From an uncultured Actinomycetes bacterium (lineage in GTDB: Bacteria; Actinomycetota; Actinomycetes; UBA12327): a stretch of 64,000 nt of DNA. A program made the translations under genes and the position numbers. The notes below the pieces were generated by a model, which did not search any database, was not told where the DNA came from, and worked only from the letters and a program-made list of their open reading frames with translations. Each line of letters starts with the position of its first letter. The first letter of the stretch is position 1. Location of the stretch: assembly GCA_903920865.1 (NCBI GenBank), contig CAIXNN010000036.1, positions 27,165 through 91,164 on the forward strand. Direction: 5' to 3'. Positions 61,427 through 64,000 of this stretch are shown here, piece by piece.

Positions 61427-62655
61427 TTGTGATGTCAACTGTTACCACTTTTCAATATTCGGTACGTGACCGATCCGGCAAACTAGTTCAGGGACAAATT
61501 GACGCCGATTCGCCCACGGCCGTTGCGACCAAGTTGAAGTCCATGGGCTATGCACCCTTGAGCATTACCGCCTTTAACCCGGGTATGAAGCGTGAACTCT
61601 CGCTGCCGAAGTTGGGTTCAAAGGTCAAGCTCAAAGACTTGGCGATCATGTCTCGTCAGTTCGCCACCATGATCAATGCCGGACTTTCTTTGCTACGTGC
61701 GCTGGTGATCTTGTCTCAGCAAACTGAGAACAAGGAGCTGGCAAAGGTGCTGACCAGTATCAGCTCGGATGTCGAAGAAGGACACTCGCTGTCGGCCTCC
61801 TTGGCCAAGCACCCACGGATCTTCCCGCCGCTGATGGTCAACATGTGCCGGGCCGGTGAGGTCGGTGGATTCCTGGATTCAGTGCTGCTCCAGATCGCTG
61901 AGAACTACGAAGCAGAGGTCAAACTTAAGGGCAAAATCAAGTCCGCGATGACCTATCCGGTGGTTGTTTTTGTGATGGCCATGCTTGCCGTGGTGGGAAT
62001 GCTCCTGTTTATCGTGCCCGTGTTTGCCAAGATGTTTACCTCCCTGGGTGGCGAACTGCCTGCTCCCACGAAAGTTCTGATTTTCCTTTCTACGGTCTTG
62101 AAGTACGGCACGCCGTTTTTCATTGTCTTCGGCGTTGCAGGTTTTGTTGTGTGGAATCGGGTCAAGCACACCGAGCAGGTACGCGGTTTCATTGATCCGC
62201 TGAAGCTGCGCATTCCTGTCTTTGGCGATCTATTCGCCAAGATCGCCTTAAGTAGATTTGCTCGAAACTTGGGGACCATGATGAGTTCAGGTGTTCCCAT
62301 TTTGCAGTCGCTGGACATCGTGGCCGAAACCACCGGGAACTCCGTTGTGGGTAAAGCCGTATTAGAGGTTCAAGAGTCGGTTCGTCAAGGTGAGTCCATG
62401 ACTGCGCCGCTGTCTCGGCACCCGGTGTTCCCACCGATGCTGGTGCAGATGATGGCCGTGGGTGAAGACACTGGAGCCCTTGACGTGATGCTGCACAAGA
62501 TCTCGGAGTTCTACGATCAAGAGGTCGAAGCCACCACTGAATCCCTCACAGCGCTGATTGAGCCGCTCATGATCGGATTCCTCGGTGGCATCGTGGGGGC
62601 CATGATCATCGCCCTGTACATGCCGATCTTTAAGATCTTCGATCTCATCAAATAG
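61423..62655 (+). CDS. pilC: Type IV pilus inner-membrane platform protein PilC / GspF family
   Basis: 410 aa. Two GspF repeats, each followed by TM helices. 4-nt overlap with pilT. Confidence 0.85.
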   Translation: MIVMSTVTTFQYSVRDRSGKLVQGQIDADSPTAVATKLKSMGYAPLSITAFNPGMKRELSLPKLGSKVKLKDLAIMSRQFATMINAGLSLLRALVILSQQTENKELAKVLTSISSDVEEGHSLSASLAKHPRIFPPLMVNMCRAGEVGGFLDSVLLQIAENYEAEVKLKGKIKSAMTYPVVVFVMAMLAVVGMLLFIVPVFAKMFTSLGGELPAPTKVLIFLSTVLKYGTPFFIVFGVAGFVVWNRVKHTEQVRGFIDPLKLRIPVFGDLFAKIALSRFARNLGTMMSSGVPILQSLDIVAETTGNSVVGKAVLEVQESVRQGESMTAPLSRHPVFPPMLVQMMAVGEDTGALDVMLHKISEFYDQEVEATTESLTALIEPLMIGFLGGIVGAMIIALYMPIFKIFDLIK

Positions 62656-62693
62656 GACAAAACGGACATCAGCAGTCCTTGACCCGAGGGTCC

Positions 62694-62737
62694 GGACCGA
62701 TTTTGGACCGATTGTGGATCGATTTGGGACCGATTTT
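62694..62737. repeat. Four tandem 11-bp direct repeats: GGACCGATTTT, GGACCGATTGT, GGATCGATTTG, GGACCGATTTT
   Basis: Read directly in the pilC-pilin intergenic region. The 11-bp phase is about one helical turn. Related half-copies (CCCGATTTTCG, GGATCGGGAAAATTTC) follow at 62783-62825, with A-tracts. Confidence 0.6.
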
Positions 62738-63048
62738 GACCAATTTAAGGCCGGCTTCGTGGCCACTTTTGTGCCTGCAGGGCCCGATTTTCGTGCCTAG
62801 CGGCTCGGATCGGGAAAATTTCTCAAAAAACTTGTGAAAAAGCACTCAAGGTTTTCACCCAACTGGGCGAAGTAATACCTGTCAGTGAGCTACCCGGCCA
62901 GAAAGGGCACACCCACCGAGAGGTGGGGTCGCAAAGCCAGGGGACCGCACCCGCGGTCAGCCCAGCTACCTCGGTTGGTACTTCGAAAGAAGCACCGGTG
63001 GGGACCAGAAGCCGAAGCTCTAGGTTCACCCAGAAAGGGACCATCCCG

Positions 63049-63474
63049 ATGCTCGCTCGCATCCGCAAGTCCATGGAGGAGAAGGACCAGGGCTTTACCC
63101 TGATCGAGCTCCTGGTGGTCATCATCATCATTGGCATCCTTGCCGCTATCGCAATTCCCGTCTTCCTCAATCAGCGCAAGAAGGCAACTGAAGCATCAAT
63201 GAAGGCAGACCTTCGTTCAGTTGCTAATGAGATGGAGACCTACTTCGTCGATAACCAGGCATATCCAGTTCCTGCTCAAGCAGCTGCAGGTGCCTCAGTC
63301 ACAGTGGGTACAACCACTGTCAAGGTGTCTTCACCTAACACCGTCGTCGCAAATCAGACCGGCACTGGCGTCGTCGCCGGTACCTACTGCCTCAAGGCCA
63401 CCAACAGTGGAGCCAGCGGTACGTGGTACTACGACAGCGACGGTGGAGGAATTAACAACACCGGTTGCGTCTGA
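63049..63474 (+). CDS. Type IV pilin (prepilin with class III signal peptide), probable major pilin
   Basis: The ORF is open from 62923; the start is taken at ATG 63049 after AAAGGGA. Leader MLARIRKSMEEKDQG, then FTLIELLVVIIIIGILAAIAIP (G-1/F+1/E+5). Cys pair in GTYCL...NTGCV. C-terminus TWYYDSDGGG. Confidence 0.8.
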   Translation: MLARIRKSMEEKDQGFTLIELLVVIIIIGILAAIAIPVFLNQRKKATEASMKADLRSVANEMETYFVDNQAYPVPAQAAAGASVTVGTTTVKVSSPNTVVANQTGTGVVAGTYCLKATNSGASGTWYYDSDGGGINNTGCV

Positions 63475-63494
63475 TCGATCTAGATAGTCCTCTC

Positions 63495-63522
63495 GGGGCC
63501 TGTCCTTCCAAGGGCAGGCCCC
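63495..63522 (+). terminator. GC-rich hairpin GGGGCCTGTCC-TTCCAA-GGGCAGGCCCC between the two pilin genes
   Basis: 11-bp stem with one G-U wobble, 6-nt loop, 20 nt after the pilin stop. AAAAAGTTTT follows within 12 nt. Candidate terminator/attenuator. The GCAGGCCCCGT 11-mer recurs at ~63580-63590. Confidence 0.5.
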
Positions 63523-63622
63523 GTAGGGCATCTAAAAAGTTTTCACTTCCGTCACACCAGTCCCACACCCGAGAAAAGGAGCAGGCCCCGTGTTCACCTT
63601 CCCCCGTCAACACCGCTCGTTG

Positions 63623-64000
63623 ATGCAACGCCTAGCTCCTACTCGCAAAGACTCTGGCTTTACCTTGATCGAGCTCCTGGTGGTCATCATCATCATTGGG
63701 ATATTGGCTGCAATCGCGCTGCCGCTGTATGTGGGCCAGAAGCGAAAGGCCTACGACGCCTCAGCCAAGTCTGGAATTCGCTCCTTGGCCGTCTTTGAAG
63801 AGGCCTACCTCAGCGACCATGGTTCCTACGGAGACATTTCCGGTTTGCAAGCTGATGGCTATGGCATTACGCCAAGCAAGAACGTCACGGTCACCGTGGT
63901 TTATCGAGCCTCAAGTTTGGGCTATTGCTTGTCGGCTAAGCACTCAGGTTCGAACACCACCTGGTACTACGACAGTCAAGCTGGCGGCCTGCTAGGTGCC
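63623..64000 (+). CDS. Second type IV pilin (prepilin), 3' end beyond window
   Basis: Not in the ORF track because it has no stop in the window. Read manually from ATG 63623 (alternative GTG 63590 after AAAGGAG). Leader MQRLAPTRKDSG, then FTLIELLVVIIIIGILAAIALPLY. Later ...TTWYYDSQAGG parallels pilin 1. Confidence 0.7.
   Translation, partial: MQRLAPTRKDSGFTLIELLVVIIIIGILAAIALPLYVGQKRKAYDASAKSGIRSLAVFEEAYLSDHGSYGDISGLQADGYGITPSKNVTVTVVYRASSLGYCLSAKHSGSNTTWYYDSQAGGLLGA

Noticed and set aside
62923-63048. Upstream extension of the pilin ORF (MGSQSQGTAPAVSP...)
   Set aside because: A prepilin leader is short and basic. The ATG at 63049 with an RBS gives the canonical MLARIRKSMEEKDQG/FTLIEL signal, so the extension is unlikely to be translated.
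1-64000. CRISPR arrays, integrases, transposases, IS inverted repeats
   Set aside because: No regularly spaced direct repeats of CRISPR type and no recombinase-like ORFs were found on either strand. The tRNA-adjacent block therefore cannot be called a classical integrated element.

Overview
The window reads as a moderately high-GC actinobacterial chromosomal segment, judged by eye and by gene content. Its gene order matches the Mycobacterium/Corynebacterium housekeeping synteny: acn (5' truncated), dxs, rnd, a tRNA Gly-Cys-Val cluster, pabB/pabC-like genes, SsgB, acs, thrS-HIT-pgsA-PIM acyltransferase-pimA, pdxS/pdxT, yebC, ruvCAB, secDF, relA, DUF349, ppiB, hisS, aspS, rarA, alaS, ruvX, mltG and aroE. 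It ends in a type IV pilus cluster: pilB, pilT, pilC and two pilin genes, the second running off the window. Two regions look accessory and poorly explained by known families. (1) At 13.8-16.6 kb, next to the tRNA Gly-Cys-Val cluster, sits a 293-aa protein with no signature I can recognise, preceded by a promoter-proximal 20-bp palindrome. It is followed by a DUF4236-like/DUF2510-like protein and a 209-nt structured spacer with a perfect 26-bp palindrome. Next come a small CX5R dual-specificity-type phosphatase translationally coupled to a His/Cys-rich 127-aa ORF, and a convergent 95-aa ORF. (2) At 23.1-28.7 kb a tight operon encodes two phosphodiester-glycosidase-family paralogs flanking a DoxX-like membrane domain fused to a Rieske [2Fe-2S] domain. 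Divergent from it lie a frameshifted UgtP/MGDG-synthase-like glycosyltransferase (split in two ORFs) and a polysaccharide deacetylase. Other points: Acs carries a C-terminal CxxC...CxxC extension; PilT has an N-terminal low-complexity extension encoded partly by a (GACACT)5 hexanucleotide repeat. The 11-mer TTTTGTGCCTG occurs only in the two pilus promoter regions, and a 4x tandem 11-bp repeat lies upstream of the major pilin. A Cheo-type SOS box precedes ruvC, and a DtxR/IdeR-like iron box lies upstream of a lone FTR1/EfeU permease gene. Three different proteins carry the DUF2510-like motif. I found no CRISPR array, integrase or transposase, and I could run no database search.
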